Below are positions 1 through 9,388 of a stretch of 64,000 nt of DNA, piece by piece (positions within the stretch are counted from its first letter, which is position 1; each line of letters opens with the position of its first letter). The notes below the pieces were generated by a model. That model searched no databases, was not told the origin of the DNA, and saw nothing but the letters and a program-made list of their open reading frames with translations. The position numbers were made by a program, and so were the translations under genes. The stretch spans positions 678 through 64,677 of the IMG/VR virus record IMGVR_UViG_3300030376_005231; one strand, written 5' to 3'. This DNA is from a virus. Lineage: Duplodnaviria > Caudoviricetes.

Positions 1-25
1 TTGCTAAAATTTAATATACTTTACT

Positions 26-1645
26 ATGAATCAAATTAAAATGCCATCAGGCTTTAATCCCAAAGAATTATCCTTTGGCGAAAACGGAAGAGGAAAACTT
101 ATCTCCGGAATTACACAAATCGCAAATGCAGTTAAAAGTACATTAGGTCCGAGAGGGAATACAGTTCTTATCGAATCACAATATGTAACAGGCGGGTTAA
201 CCGTAACTAAAGACGGAGTAACTGTAGCTAAGGCTGTAGATTTATTAGACCCGGTTGAGAACCTTGCGGTTCGTATGATGAAGCAGGCAGCTGACAATAC
301 TGCAACCTCTGCGGGTGATGGTACTACAACAGCAATTGTTCTTACTGAAGCATTAGTAAAGCAGGGTGATGCTTTGATGGATGATACCACAAACAGAGCT
401 GAGGTATTAAGAGAGATAGTAAAAGAAACTGAGAATGTAATAGGTCAGTTAAAAAAATCTTCAAAGCGAATTACTAACAAGCGTTTAATGGACGTAGCTA
501 TTATTTCTGCTAACAACGATAAGGCTATAGGAAAAGTTATTGCTGATACTTATAAGAAGGTAGGTAAAAACGGAATAGTTACTGTAGAGAAATCGGAATC
601 TAGTGAAACTTATAGCGAGACCACAAACGGAATCAAAATTGAGAGAGGGTGGACATCGCCATTGTTTATTAATAATCAAAAGAAAGACGAGTGTATATTA
701 GAAAACGTACATGTATTAGTAAGTGATGCTGAGATATCAAATGTATTAGCAATAGAAAATATACTAAAACCAATTATTAACGAGCAAAAGAAATTATTAA
801 TCATCGCACCTATGTCTGTTAATGTTGTAAATACTTTAGCAGCTAACGTAGTCAAGAATGGTTTACAAGTATGTGTTATAGGTCCTCCGCAGTTTGGATA
901 CAAACAACATGAACTTATGCAAGACATTGCAGTATCGGTTGGTGCAAAATACTTTTCTGAAAAAACAGGTGACGACTTATCATTAATTTCGTTTGCCGAC
1001 TTAGGTCATGCAGACAAATGTATAATCGGTAAAGAGTCTAGTATATTGATTAAATCAACTGAGTCTGTTGCTAATGTTGAAGACAGGGTTACGCAACTAT
1101 GGCAAGCACATGAAATTGCTACAAACAAAAATGATAAAGATTTTATACTATCTCGTATAGCTTCATTAAGCGGTGGTATTGGTGTTATATATGTAGGAGG
1201 TCAAACAGACATAGAACAAAAAGAACTCTATGACAGAGTAGATGACGCAGTCTGTGCAGTACGTTCAGCACTATTAGAAGGAATATTACCGGGTGGTGGA
1301 GTAGCATTGTATGATATAGCTATTAAACATAAAAGCGAAATTGATAAAAAATCAAAAAAAATTGCTGACGCAATTTTGTATAGTGCATTATCCGCACCAT
1401 TAGCTCAAATTTTAGAGAATGCCGGCAGCACTATAGAAGAACATTATTCAGCAAACAAAACTGACGGTTGCGGTTATGATGTAAAGAACGAAGTAAAAGG
1501 CAATATGATTGATATGGGAATCATTGACCCAATGAAAGTAACTAAGAATGCTTTACAGAATGCAGTTTCTGTAGCAGTAACTATATTATCTACTAACGCT
1601 ATTATAACAATGGCAAGAACATACGAATCAAATGATAGCAATTAA
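26..1645 (+). CDS. groEL: Chaperonin GroEL (Cpn60), phage-encoded
   Basis: STLGPRG, TKDGVTVAK, GDGTTT ATP-binding motif, RIASLSGGIGVIYVGG, RVDDAVCAVRSA, GILPGGG, GIIDP.KV; lacks the C-terminal GGM tail. Confidence 0.97.
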   Translation: MNQIKMPSGFNPKELSFGENGRGKLISGITQIANAVKSTLGPRGNTVLIESQYVTGGLTVTKDGVTVAKAVDLLDPVENLAVRMMKQAADNTATSAGDGTTTAIVLTEALVKQGDALMDDTTNRAEVLREIVKETENVIGQLKKSSKRITNKRLMDVAIISANNDKAIGKVIADTYKKVGKNGIVTVEKSESSETYSETTNGIKIERGWTSPLFINNQKKDECILENVHVLVSDAEISNVLAIENILKPIINEQKKLLIIAPMSVNVVNTLAANVVKNGLQVCVIGPPQFGYKQHELMQDIAVSVGAKYFSEKTGDDLSLISFADLGHADKCIIGKESSILIKSTESVANVEDRVTQLWQAHEIATNKNDKDFILSRIASLSGGIGVIYVGGQTDIEQKELYDRVDDAVCAVRSALLEGILPGGGVALYDIAIKHKSEIDKKSKKIADAILYSALSAPLAQILENAGSTIEEHYSANKTDGCGYDVKNEVKGNMIDMGIIDPMKVTKNALQNAVSVAVTILSTNAIITMARTYESNDSN

Positions 1646-1889
1646 TAAATACATTATAGTAGAAAATATTAAAGAAGAACTAAAGACAGAGTCAGGACTG
1701 TTATTATCCGAACATGACGCTGACCAATTTAGATATAGAAAAGCTAAAGTTATAACTCCCGGCACAGAAGTAAAGTCAATTAATAGTAATGATATTATAT
1801 ACTATGATAAGCGTGCAGGATATCAAATGGTGCTTGAAGGAACAGCTTGTACTATTATTCGGGAGCAAGACGTTGTTGTTGTTGTATAA
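1632..1889 (+). CDS. groES: Co-chaperonin GroES (Cpn10)
   Basis: 85 aa; mobile loop KTESGLLLS; KVITPGTEVKSINSNDIIYY; ends TIIREQDVVVVV; overlaps groEL stop. Confidence 0.9.
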   Translation: MIAINKYIIVENIKEELKTESGLLLSEHDADQFRYRKAKVITPGTEVKSINSNDIIYYDKRAGYQMVLEGTACTIIREQDVVVVV

Positions 1890-2289
1890 CTTTGTTCATC
1901 TCTTTTATTTGATTACGATAAACTTTGTCAGTATAAGATACATTGCTTTTAAACATAGGATTAGAAGTAGGAGATTCAGGAATAGAACCGCCTTCTAGTT
2001 TTTCATAAATAGAATGTATCATTCTGTTTGCTTTAAAACTTAAACTGTAGAGCGTTTTATTTTTACCTACTCTTTTACGAAATACTTCTATCCAACCTCG
2101 TTTGAGTAGTTGGTCAAAACGATTTACATTCCAACTTAATAATTCGTCAAACTCCTTAAACTTATCTTTACCAAAATATTTTTCTGAATATAAAAATAAT
2201 AACATGTCTAACTCTCCTGTTGATATTTTATATTTTGATTTTACAAAATAACGAACAACTCTCCAATATTTTAAATAATCTTTTTGCAT
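1855..2289 (-). CDS. Putative winged-helix (MarR-like) DNA-binding protein
   Basis: ELDMLLFLY...FDQLLKRGWIEVFRKRVGKNKTLYSLSFKA resembles a wHTH recognition helix plus wing; lone - strand gene in a + strand region. Confidence 0.5.
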   Translation of the reverse strand: MQKDYLKYWRVVRYFVKSKYKISTGELDMLLFLYSEKYFGKDKFKEFDELLSWNVNRFDQLLKRGWIEVFRKRVGKNKTLYSLSFKANRMIHSIYEKLEGGSIPESPTSNPMFKSNVSYTDKVYRNQIKEMNKVIQQQQRLAPE

Positions 2290-2327
2290 TTAATTAAATT
2301 TGTATCTTTGTCAAAAGTAATAAAATT

Positions 2328-2615
2328 ATGAAGAAAACCGTAAACATAAAACCGGCAGACGAAAACAATGACAATAACGACAACAACTTCTCAAAGCTTA
2401 TTGCAGATTATTTAAAATCACAACAAGATGCAAAAGATAATGCAAAAGATGATGCTTCTGTTAATGATAAACCAAACAAACCAATTAATTTGTCTGCATT
2501 TACTCAAAACAAACAAACACGACAAAGAGTTACAGGTCTTAGAAGCATAGGGGATACTAGGTCTAGAGTAAAAGGCTCTATAAGAAATAGAAGTAGAAAT
2601 ACTAAAAAAGCATAA
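2328..2615 (+). CDS. Hypothetical protein, acidic N-half and basic C-half
   Basis: ORF track; TATCTTTG promoter motif at 2303-2310. Confidence 0.6.
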   Translation: MKKTVNIKPADENNDNNDNNFSKLIADYLKSQQDAKDNAKDDASVNDKPNKPINLSAFTQNKQTRQRVTGLRSIGDTRSRVKGSIRNRSRNTKKA

Positions 2616-2743
2616 TGAAAGAATATAAAATAGTTAAAATGAAACATCTAGCTGTATTGCTAATATTAAATACAATGATGATGATGTTAATAGAATATTG
2701 TGCTTAAAATTAATTTTTTTTTTATTATTAATTTTACCAAATA

Positions 2744-2872
2744 ATGGCGAGAAGAGCAAATGTAGTTACGTTTTCAAAACGAAAAAGAAAATCACATCCT
2801 CACAGCAAAAATGCTAGTGTAGGACAAACAGGATATAAAAAACCATATAAAGGACAAGGAAGAAATGGCTAG
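2744..2872 (+). CDS. Basic microprotein, 42 aa (MARRANVVTFSKRKRKSHPHSK...)
   Basis: Translated by hand; AT-rich leader; overlaps next ATG. Confidence 0.6.
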   Translation: MARRANVVTFSKRKRKSHPHSKNASVGQTGYKKPYKGQGRNG

Positions 2873-2981
2873 AAAAAAGAAAATGAAAAACCCATGTTGG
2901 AAAGGATTTGTTGCATACGGAATGAAAAAAGGTAAAGGCGGAAAGCCTGTTCCTAACTGTGTTCCTAAAAAGAAAAAGTAA
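2865..2981 (+). CDS. Basic microprotein, 38 aa, with CWKGF...KGGKPVPNCVP motif
   Basis: Translated by hand; TAATG coupling to next ORF; motif resembles small proteins of marine phages. Confidence 0.75.
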   Translation: MARKKKMKNPCWKGFVAYGMKKGKGGKPVPNCVPKKKK

Positions 2982-3100
2982 TGGCAAAAAAATTTAAAGC
3001 CCATAACATGTACAGTAAAACAGGTTTAGTAAAAAAAGCTACAACCATGAAGCAACATTTAGCGTTAAAGAAAAAAGGATATACGCATAAAAAGAAGTAA
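2981..3100 (+). CDS. Basic microprotein, 39 aa (MAKKFKAHNMYSK...HLALKKKGYTHKKK)
   Basis: Translated by hand; TAATG overlaps at both ends. Confidence 0.75.
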   Translation: MAKKFKAHNMYSKTGLVKKATTMKQHLALKKKGYTHKKK

Positions 3101-3381
3101 TGGCAATAAGAAAGACTACGAAGGGTAAAGGTGCAAATTATAGACCTACAAAAAAAGGAGCAGGAATGACGAAGAAAGGAGTTGCCGCTTATCGTAAAGC
3201 AAATCCCGGTTCTAAATTAAAAACAGCTGTTACCGGTAAAGTTAAACCGGGTAGTAAAGCTTCTAAAAGAAGAAAGTCATATTGTGCTCGTAGCTTAGGT
3301 CAATTGAAAAGAAGTAGTGCGGCAACACGAAACGACCCTAATTCAAGAATTAGGCAGGCAAGACGCAGATGGAAGTGTTAA
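3100..3381 (+). CDS. Basic protein, 93 aa (GMTKKGVAAYRKANPGSKL...RRKSYCAR...RRRWKC family)
   Basis: ORF track; very K/R rich; pattern resembles a marine phage family. Confidence 0.8.
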   Translation: MAIRKTTKGKGANYRPTKKGAGMTKKGVAAYRKANPGSKLKTAVTGKVKPGSKASKRRKSYCARSLGQLKRSSAATRNDPNSRIRQARRRWKC

Positions 3382-3427
3382 AACGATATAGAAAAATAAT
3401 AGTATCTTTGTAAAATAAATTATTGCA

Positions 3428-3583
3428 ATGAGTGCATTTAAAAAAATGGTAAAAAAGTTGATGGCTCAAGGAAAGTCTGAGCAAGCAGCGAAAAAAATTG
3501 CTTATTCTATTGGCGTAAACAAATACGGTAAGAAAGGAATGGCAAGAAAAGCTCAAGCAGGAATGAGACGCAGAAATGCTTAA
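3428..3583 (+). CDS. Basic microprotein, 51 aa (MSAFKKMVKKLMAQGKS...)
   Basis: Translated by hand; TATCTTTG at 3403-3410 just upstream. Confidence 0.7.
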   Translation: MSAFKKMVKKLMAQGKSEQAAKKIAYSIGVNKYGKKGMARKAQAGMRRRNA

Positions 3584-3606
3584 TTAATAATAAAAAAAAA
3601 GAAAAC

Positions 3607-3804
3607 ATGGCACAAGGTTATAACGCTAGACTAAATGAGTCCTTAGGTATGAAACACAAAGGTCCTCACAAACAAAGTATGAAAAGTAGAAGAGATGAAT
3701 CTAAAGCAATGTCTAAAAAAAGATATGGACATGCATATGGTGGAGACCATTCTATGAAGTACGAAAAACATTTAGGTTCTAATTCAAAACACTTTAGAAA
3801 ATAA
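3607..3804 (+). CDS. Basic His-rich microprotein, 65 aa
   Basis: ORF track; A-rich leader. Confidence 0.7.
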   Translation: MAQGYNARLNESLGMKHKGPHKQSMKSRRDESKAMSKKRYGHAYGGDHSMKYEKHLGSNSKHFRK

Positions 3805-3950
3805 TGGGAAAAGCTTTAGTTTGGTTAGGAAATAAAATTAGCACATTATGGTGTAATTTTCAATGTTTTTGGAATTGGTTAGTACAAAAGCTTCTTTTTA
3901 ACGTAGAAAGCTGTCCAAATAAATTATGTACATGTAATGACAAAAAGTAA
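3804..3950 (+). CDS. Cys/Trp-rich microprotein, 48 aa (MGKALVWLG...WCNFQCFWNW...CPNKLCTC)
   Basis: Translated by hand; TAATG coupling. Confidence 0.6.
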   Translation: MGKALVWLGNKISTLWCNFQCFWNWLVQKLLFNVESCPNKLCTCNDKK

Positions 3951-4101
3951 AGGAGTAGGAGATACTATAGAAAAAATAACTAAAGCAACCGGAATTAAAC
4001 ACCTTGTAGGTGCTACAGCAAAAGCTGTAGGAATAAAAGATTGTGGTTGTAATAGCAGAAAAGATTCTTTAAATCGAATGTTTCCTTATAAAAAAAACTA
4101 A
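3937..4101 (+). CDS. Microprotein, 54 aa (GVGDTIEKITKATGIK...DCGCNSRKDSLNRMFPY)
   Basis: Translated by hand; GDT.EK...DCGC..RK..LN motif resembles small proteins of Bacteroidota phages. Confidence 0.75.
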   Translation: MTKSKGVGDTIEKITKATGIKHLVGATAKAVGIKDCGCNSRKDSLNRMFPYKKN

Positions 4102-4130
4102 TATAAACAAAACCCTTAAAATAAAAAAAA

Positions 4131-4826
4131 ATGGCAACAATACCAAATAGTCAAAAATTCCATACCCTAGCAGGTACGGTTGAAACAGAGAACAGAGGTT
4201 CTGCTGCATTAAATGCACAAAGAACAATTTATACAATGCAAGACATCCTAGATACTGTAACAGTAGGCGGGGGTGTTGATGGTTCAGGAACTGCAGGCAA
4301 AATATCTAAATGGATAGATGCTAATACAGTTGGTGATTCTATCATGGCAGAAACAACAGGTTTAATTACTGTAACAGGTGGATTAACAGCAACAGGAGAC
4401 GTAAACTCTGCAAATGTTACTGCATCTGCAGCTGTAGCAGCTGTAAGTTTAGAAGCTAGTGGAAACGTAACAGGAGTTAATATGACTGCTTCAGGAAACA
4501 TGGCTGCAGTTGATATGGCAGCATCAGGAAATATGACTGCTGTAAATGTAACAGGTTCAGGAGTAGTAGCAGGAAATTCTTTAACTTCAGCATCTACATT
4601 AAGTGTATCAGGAGCAGTAACAGGTGTTACTAATCTTACAATGAACGGAATTTTATCTAGTGCATCTTCAGTTGTATCAGAAGCGTTTTCTGTAGCAGCA
4701 ATGCAAACAGCACCTGCATCAGCAACAGCAGCAGGTACAGCAGGAGCTATAGTATTTGCATCAGATGCAATTTATGTTTGTGTAGCTGCAAACACTTGGA
4801 AAAAAGCAGATTTATCAACTTTCTAA
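4131..4826 (+). CDS. Putative short fibre/spike or capsid decoration protein
   Basis: 11-aa repeats (GNVTGVNMTAS type); C-terminal TAPASATAAGTAGAIVFASDAIYVCVAANTWKKA module typical of virion fibres. Confidence 0.6.
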   Translation: MATIPNSQKFHTLAGTVETENRGSAALNAQRTIYTMQDILDTVTVGGGVDGSGTAGKISKWIDANTVGDSIMAETTGLITVTGGLTATGDVNSANVTASAAVAAVSLEASGNVTGVNMTASGNMAAVDMAASGNMTAVNVTGSGVVAGNSLTSASTLSVSGAVTGVTNLTMNGILSSASSVVSEAFSVAAMQTAPASATAAGTAGAIVFASDAIYVCVAANTWKKADLSTF

Positions 4827-4837
4827 ATATATAAAAT

Positions 4838-4945
4838 ATGCCTAAAGTAGGAAACAAAACATATTCTTATACTGCAAAGGGTAAGAAGGCTGCTAAGAAA
4901 GCTGCTAAAAAAAGAGGTTTGAAAGTCAAATCTAGGGGATATTAA
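4838..4945 (+). CDS. Basic microprotein, 35 aa (MPKVGNKTYSYTAKGKKAAKKAAKKRG...)
   Basis: Translated by hand; histone-H1-like KKAA repeats. Confidence 0.75.
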   Translation: MPKVGNKTYSYTAKGKKAAKKAAKKRGLKVKSRGY

Positions 4946-4962
4946 TTAATAAATAAAATAAA

Positions 4963-5811
4963 ATGTCTTATTTAAAAAACATGATTAATGGAATGACAGC
5001 GTTAGAGGTAATACCTCATGACTCGCTGTATATCCCAAATCCTGCTCATCTTATTGTAGCTGATACTCAAGATTTTCAATCTAATGATAGGTTAGTAGAT
5101 ACAAGTATCGCTGTTACAATATGGACAGGAACTACAGATGGAGCTTCAGTAGCAGATGAACTTAATGATGATTCTGAAAATTTTATTTTAAACTCAACTC
5201 AAGCTCAAGCAGGTGCAATAGTAGGAGCAGGAAAGTTTGTAAAAAAAGGTAATGTTGTATTAAACACTACTGATAGTACAGAGCATATAGTTTCAGCTGT
5301 TAAAGATTCTAACGCATCATTTTCTAGTAAACTTTTACTTGATTCAGGAGTTCCAACAGGAAAAGCTTATACAGTACAAGGCGAAGGCTTTGTGTCAAGA
5401 TATGGCGTTAAAGAGGGAGACATTGTTATTAACAGAGGAACGCCATCAATGGCTCAAGTTGTTAGTGTAAAAGATGATAGGACTATACTTTTAAGTGCTA
5501 ATATTTTTGGAACAACAGGTGAGAAATATGAATTATACTCAGCTAATCCTCCACAAGGTGCAGGTGCAGACCCATCACAAGCTCAAGGGTGCTTAGTGTA
5601 TGTGGGAACAACTACACCAATAAAACAGGATGTTGACCAATCAGCGGCAGGAACAGATGACCCAAGATATGTTAATATAAAAGTAAAAACTGTTGGAGGT
5701 CAAGATGTTGTATTTAATAATTTCCCTGTGGGAGAAGTATTACCTGTTCAAGTGGTTCAGGTTTATGCATCGCCTGCAATAGCAAACGCAAGAATTATAG
5801 CTCTTTGGTAA
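4963..5811 (+). CDS. Hypothetical virion-associated protein
   Basis: ORF track; beta-rich with an internal duplication; ends G.VLPVQVVQVYAS...IIALW. Confidence 0.55.
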   Translation: MSYLKNMINGMTALEVIPHDSLYIPNPAHLIVADTQDFQSNDRLVDTSIAVTIWTGTTDGASVADELNDDSENFILNSTQAQAGAIVGAGKFVKKGNVVLNTTDSTEHIVSAVKDSNASFSSKLLLDSGVPTGKAYTVQGEGFVSRYGVKEGDIVINRGTPSMAQVVSVKDDRTILLSANIFGTTGEKYELYSANPPQGAGADPSQAQGCLVYVGTTTPIKQDVDQSAAGTDDPRYVNIKVKTVGGQDVVFNNFPVGEVLPVQVVQVYASPAIANARIIALW

Positions 5812-5900
5812 TAAATAAATAAAATAAAATTATGTACACACAATCAAATACTTGGTCAGAAGATATAACGTTTACTTACGTTTATAAAAGCATGTAAAGA

Positions 5901-6206
5901 ATGGCAACTAAGATTGGTGAAGAAACTAACATAACATTAGACTTGAAGACAATAGCAATGATTATTGGCTTCACCATCTCTTTAGCCACTATGTGGTTTT
6001 CACTAAAAGCTGATATTGCATATGCTGCAACACAACCTGAACCTGAAATTACTAAAATAGAATTCTCTTATAAAGACCAAATAATTAGGGCAACAATTGA
6101 AGGAGTGCAGTCCGATATGTCTACTATTAAAGAAGATGTTGGTGAAATAAAAGCTCAATTAGATAAAATGGATGCTCGTTTATATCAACTAACAAAGGAA
6201 AGATGA
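5901..6206 (+). CDS. Single-TM plus coiled-coil membrane protein (i-spanin/holin-like architecture)
   Basis: Hydrophobic IAMIIGFTISLATMWFSL followed by heptad coiled coil. Confidence 0.55.
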   Translation: MATKIGEETNITLDLKTIAMIIGFTISLATMWFSLKADIAYAATQPEPEITKIEFSYKDQIIRATIEGVQSDMSTIKEDVGEIKAQLDKMDARLYQLTKER

Positions 6207-6538
6207 GACTATGGATAGTATTATTGATTTTATTTACATCTACCCTACATGCACAATATAAAGATGGAATTGTAGTAATACAATATACAGCTGACTTTGT
6301 AAAAGCTGCTGAAGTAAATCTTGATAAGCTTGAAGGAGCTGACCAAATTCGTCTTTATCTTACAGACCATCCCAAATTATTTAAAAAAAATAATATAGTT
6401 TACTTACCAACAGTTATCTTGTATCATAATAGAAAAACTATTATACGAGTTGAAAGTGATATTACATTGCAATTACCGGAAAACACATTAGACACAATAC
6501 AATATCATATAAATAAAATAATAAAAAGTAAATTTTAA
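6203..6538 (+). CDS. Secreted thioredoxin-fold-like protein without CxxC
   Basis: Signal peptide ending LHA|Q; IVVIQYTADF...LFKKNNIVYLPTVILYHN pattern matches a Trx fold. Confidence 0.55.
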   Translation: MRLWIVLLILFTSTLHAQYKDGIVVIQYTADFVKAAEVNLDKLEGADQIRLYLTDHPKLFKKNNIVYLPTVILYHNRKTIIRVESDITLQLPENTLDTIQYHINKIIKSKF

Positions 6539-6541
6539 ATT

Positions 6542-7801
6542 ATGAATAGAAAACAAAAAACAGAAGAGTTTGCAGTCAATGCTATTATGTATTTAGTAAT
6601 AATAATTTTATTATCAGTATTTACATTTAATCTACAAGCACAGGTTGTGACACAAGATGATTTAGTAATTCAAAATAAAGAATCTGTATTTAAAAAAGTA
6701 TATGATGATTTTTTAAAATACGGAACTTTTTATGTTGCAGGTAATATAAATAATCCTTATCAAAAACAAAGTATAGATTACGTTGTAAGAACAAATCCTA
6801 GTGGCAGTTTGTATGATGTACCTGTAGTAGAAAATGCAACTAATTACGACCCTTTTGATTATCGTTATGGATTTGGAATTAGACGTATTGCTCGCTTTGA
6901 TTATGAAAATAAAGAAAAAGCATATTATGATGGTACGGAAAAAAATGTAGCATTATCTGCTCCTACAGCAGCTTTTAATGGATTTGAATACATGTTTCAT
7001 TGGGAAAAAGAAAGAGAGAGAGGTGAGGTATTTACAAACCATCGTTACTTTCTTAGGCATACGGGTAAGTATCACATTGCTAAAATAGAGTCAAGAGAAG
7101 AGGGTAATGTAGGATTTAAATATAGTTCAGCTGAAATTAGAGCTCGATTACCTATTGGAAAAAAGTTTAGTATATCAGCCGGAGTTATAGCAAGAACTCA
7201 TGACCAAGCCTTTGGATATAATCCTGTAGAAATATGGTTAAACGAAACTGATGCAGATGGATTTGCATTAAACGCTTGGTATACTTTAGGTTTTGAATAT
7301 GGTTATGATGATATTTATTATACTCAAACAGACCAATTAGGTAATGAAATTTCAGATTGGTATTGGATAGACGAAGAGGGAACAATAGTAGCTCATACAG
7401 ATTTAGAATTTCGTGAGACAGTTTTTGCTGATTTAATGAATCGATATAATAGAGAACAATGGGATATGTTAGATGCTTTTGCAGAGTATGCTCCAATTGT
7501 CGGAGCTGATTTTTATACTTATAATGAAAAAATGTGGGTACATGCATATGCAAATTATATACTTCCGTATCATTCATATTTTAAAGGTGACGAAGCTTTT
7601 AGTTATTTAAATAGAAATAATTGGGGGTTAGGTGGATTAAAGATAGACTCAGAATTAGAGCAATGGGAAGACTATCAATTTGGATTAATTATGGGGTGGA
7701 AACTTACTTCTAAATTAGGTATATTTGTAGAAGGTGAATATACTAAATTTTGGGATACAGAAATTTTTAACTCAACAGTAGGATTAAATTTTGAATTATG
7801 A
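6542..7801 (+). CDS. Putative outer-membrane beta-barrel protein
   Basis: Signal/TM segment ending LQA|Q; alternating aromatic beta-strands; ends GIFVEGEYTKFWDTEIFNSTVGLNFEL. Confidence 0.6.
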   Translation: MNRKQKTEEFAVNAIMYLVIIILLSVFTFNLQAQVVTQDDLVIQNKESVFKKVYDDFLKYGTFYVAGNINNPYQKQSIDYVVRTNPSGSLYDVPVVENATNYDPFDYRYGFGIRRIARFDYENKEKAYYDGTEKNVALSAPTAAFNGFEYMFHWEKERERGEVFTNHRYFLRHTGKYHIAKIESREEGNVGFKYSSAEIRARLPIGKKFSISAGVIARTHDQAFGYNPVEIWLNETDADGFALNAWYTLGFEYGYDDIYYTQTDQLGNEISDWYWIDEEGTIVAHTDLEFRETVFADLMNRYNREQWDMLDAFAEYAPIVGADFYTYNEKMWVHAYANYILPYHSYFKGDEAFSYLNRNNWGLGGLKIDSELEQWEDYQFGLIMGWKLTSKLGIFVEGEYTKFWDTEIFNSTVGLNFEL

Positions 7802-8256
7802 GAATAAGCAAACATATAACATATGCAGAAGCAATACATTCTAACACAGCAAAAAGAAAAAGAATAGATAATACTCCAAACCCAACACAAGTTGACACTA
7901 TGAAGTTAACCGCTGAAAAAATATTTGAACCTTTAAGAGAATGGGTTGGAGGACCTATAAAAGTGAATTCATTTTTTAGGTCAGTTGCTTTAAATGAAAA
8001 AATTGGCGGAGTAGCTTCCTCACAGCATTGTAAAGGTCAAGCAATTGACCTTGATGATGTTTATGGCTATAAAAGTAATGCAGAAATGTATTTGTTTATA
8101 AAAGAGAATTGTGATTTTGACCAATTAATTTGGGAGTTTGGTACAGACATGAACCCTAATTGGATTCATGTTTCTTATGTATCAAAAGAAGAAAATAGAG
8201 GTAGATGTTTAAAAGCCTATAAAGAAGATGGTAGAACTAAATATAAAGTAATATGA
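7798..8256 (+). CDS. Endolysin, peptidase M15 family
   Basis: NSFFRS..LNEKIGG..SSQH.KGQAIDL and WIHVSY zinc-ligand motifs. Confidence 0.9.
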   Translation: MRISKHITYAEAIHSNTAKRKRIDNTPNPTQVDTMKLTAEKIFEPLREWVGGPIKVNSFFRSVALNEKIGGVASSQHCKGQAIDLDDVYGYKSNAEMYLFIKENCDFDQLIWEFGTDMNPNWIHVSYVSKEENRGRCLKAYKEDGRTKYKVI

Positions 8257-8669
8257 TAGAAATACTAACAAAATTATTCGGAGGTGGTGCAAAAAACATT
8301 GCGGGTTCGCTTACAGGTATAGCGGATAAATTTATAAGAACGAAAGAAGAGAAAGCTGAATTTGAAAAACAAATGACAGAAATCTTTATTAATGCAGAAG
8401 CTGAACAACAAAAAAACGTTACAGAACGTTGGAAAGCTGATATGGCAAGCGACAATAAACTTTCAAAATCAGTTCGTCCTGTAACATTAATATTTTTATT
8501 TGTATCTACTGTGGTGCTTATTTTTATTGATTCAGGATTTATTAACTTTGCAGTTGACGATGAATGGAAAGAACTTTTAAAAATGCTGCTTATAACAATT
8601 ACCGCAGCATACTTCGGAGGAAGGTCTTACGAAAAAGGTAATAAAATAAAACAAAATGGCAAAAATTAG
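8253..8669 (+). CDS. Holin (3TM holin-like)
   Basis: RWKADMASD..LSKSVRP.TLI, TM helices, AYFGGRSYEK; directly after endolysin. Confidence 0.8.
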   Translation: MIEILTKLFGGGAKNIAGSLTGIADKFIRTKEEKAEFEKQMTEIFINAEAEQQKNVTERWKADMASDNKLSKSVRPVTLIFLFVSTVVLIFIDSGFINFAVDDEWKELLKMLLITITAAYFGGRSYEKGNKIKQNGKN

Positions 8670-9375
8670 TACATATCCCTTATCAACCCCTGTAGTAGGG
8701 TCTGATAAATGGATTGGAACAGATGCACAGGCAGCAACAAAAAACTTTTCTGCTAGTGCTGTTTCAGTTTTTATCAATGAATACAATAAGATTGAGAGTC
8801 AATCTTTGAGATATAAATATAAAGACATGGAAGCGGGTGATGTAAGATTAGCCGGTACTATAACTTTTGATGACTTAAACACAGGAACTGTTCCTTTTAG
8901 TAGTTTAACACAATTTAAATTGAGTAAACAACAAATTAATAATGCAGTAGATGTTAGTACATATTATACTAATCCTTTATTACAGTCAACGGTATTAATA
9001 TCTAAATGTTCTGACCCTTCTACATTCGGATTATTTGAATGGGATGCGGCAGTTCAAGATGGTACAGAAACTAATTTTTGGAACATAGATGTTACTTATG
9101 CTACAGGTTATGGGAGTCTCGAAGATAGTAAAGATTATTTCATATCTTTGCTAACATATAAAGGTGACCCTGCGACAACGTATATTCATCCACAAAATGT
9201 AGCTTCAGCTACATGGACGATAACACACAACTTAAATTCGTATCCATCGGTTACTGTTACTGACTCAGCTAACACACCGTATGCGGTAGGATTTGGTTCA
9301 GTAACATATAATAGTGCAAATCAGTTAACCATAGTGTTTTCAGCTGCGTTTGCGGGAAAAGCATTTTTAAATTAA
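8656..9375 (+). CDS. Tail/fibre attachment protein
   Basis: N-terminus MAKISTYP...D.WIGTD resembles that of 16296; C-terminal ATWTITHNLNSYPSVTVTD module. Confidence 0.6.
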   Translation: MAKISTYPLSTPVVGSDKWIGTDAQAATKNFSASAVSVFINEYNKIESQSLRYKYKDMEAGDVRLAGTITFDDLNTGTVPFSSLTQFKLSKQQINNAVDVSTYYTNPLLQSTVLISKCSDPSTFGLFEWDAAVQDGTETNFWNIDVTYATGYGSLEDSKDYFISLLTYKGDPATTYIHPQNVASATWTITHNLNSYPSVTVTDSANTPYAVGFGSVTYNSANQLTIVFSAAFAGKAFLN

Positions 9376-9388
9376 TAAATAAAAAAAT

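Noticed and set aside
5832-5897. 21-codon ORF MYTQSNTWSEDITFTYVYKSM
   Set aside because: Plausible leader, but too short to support without conservation or ribosome-profiling data
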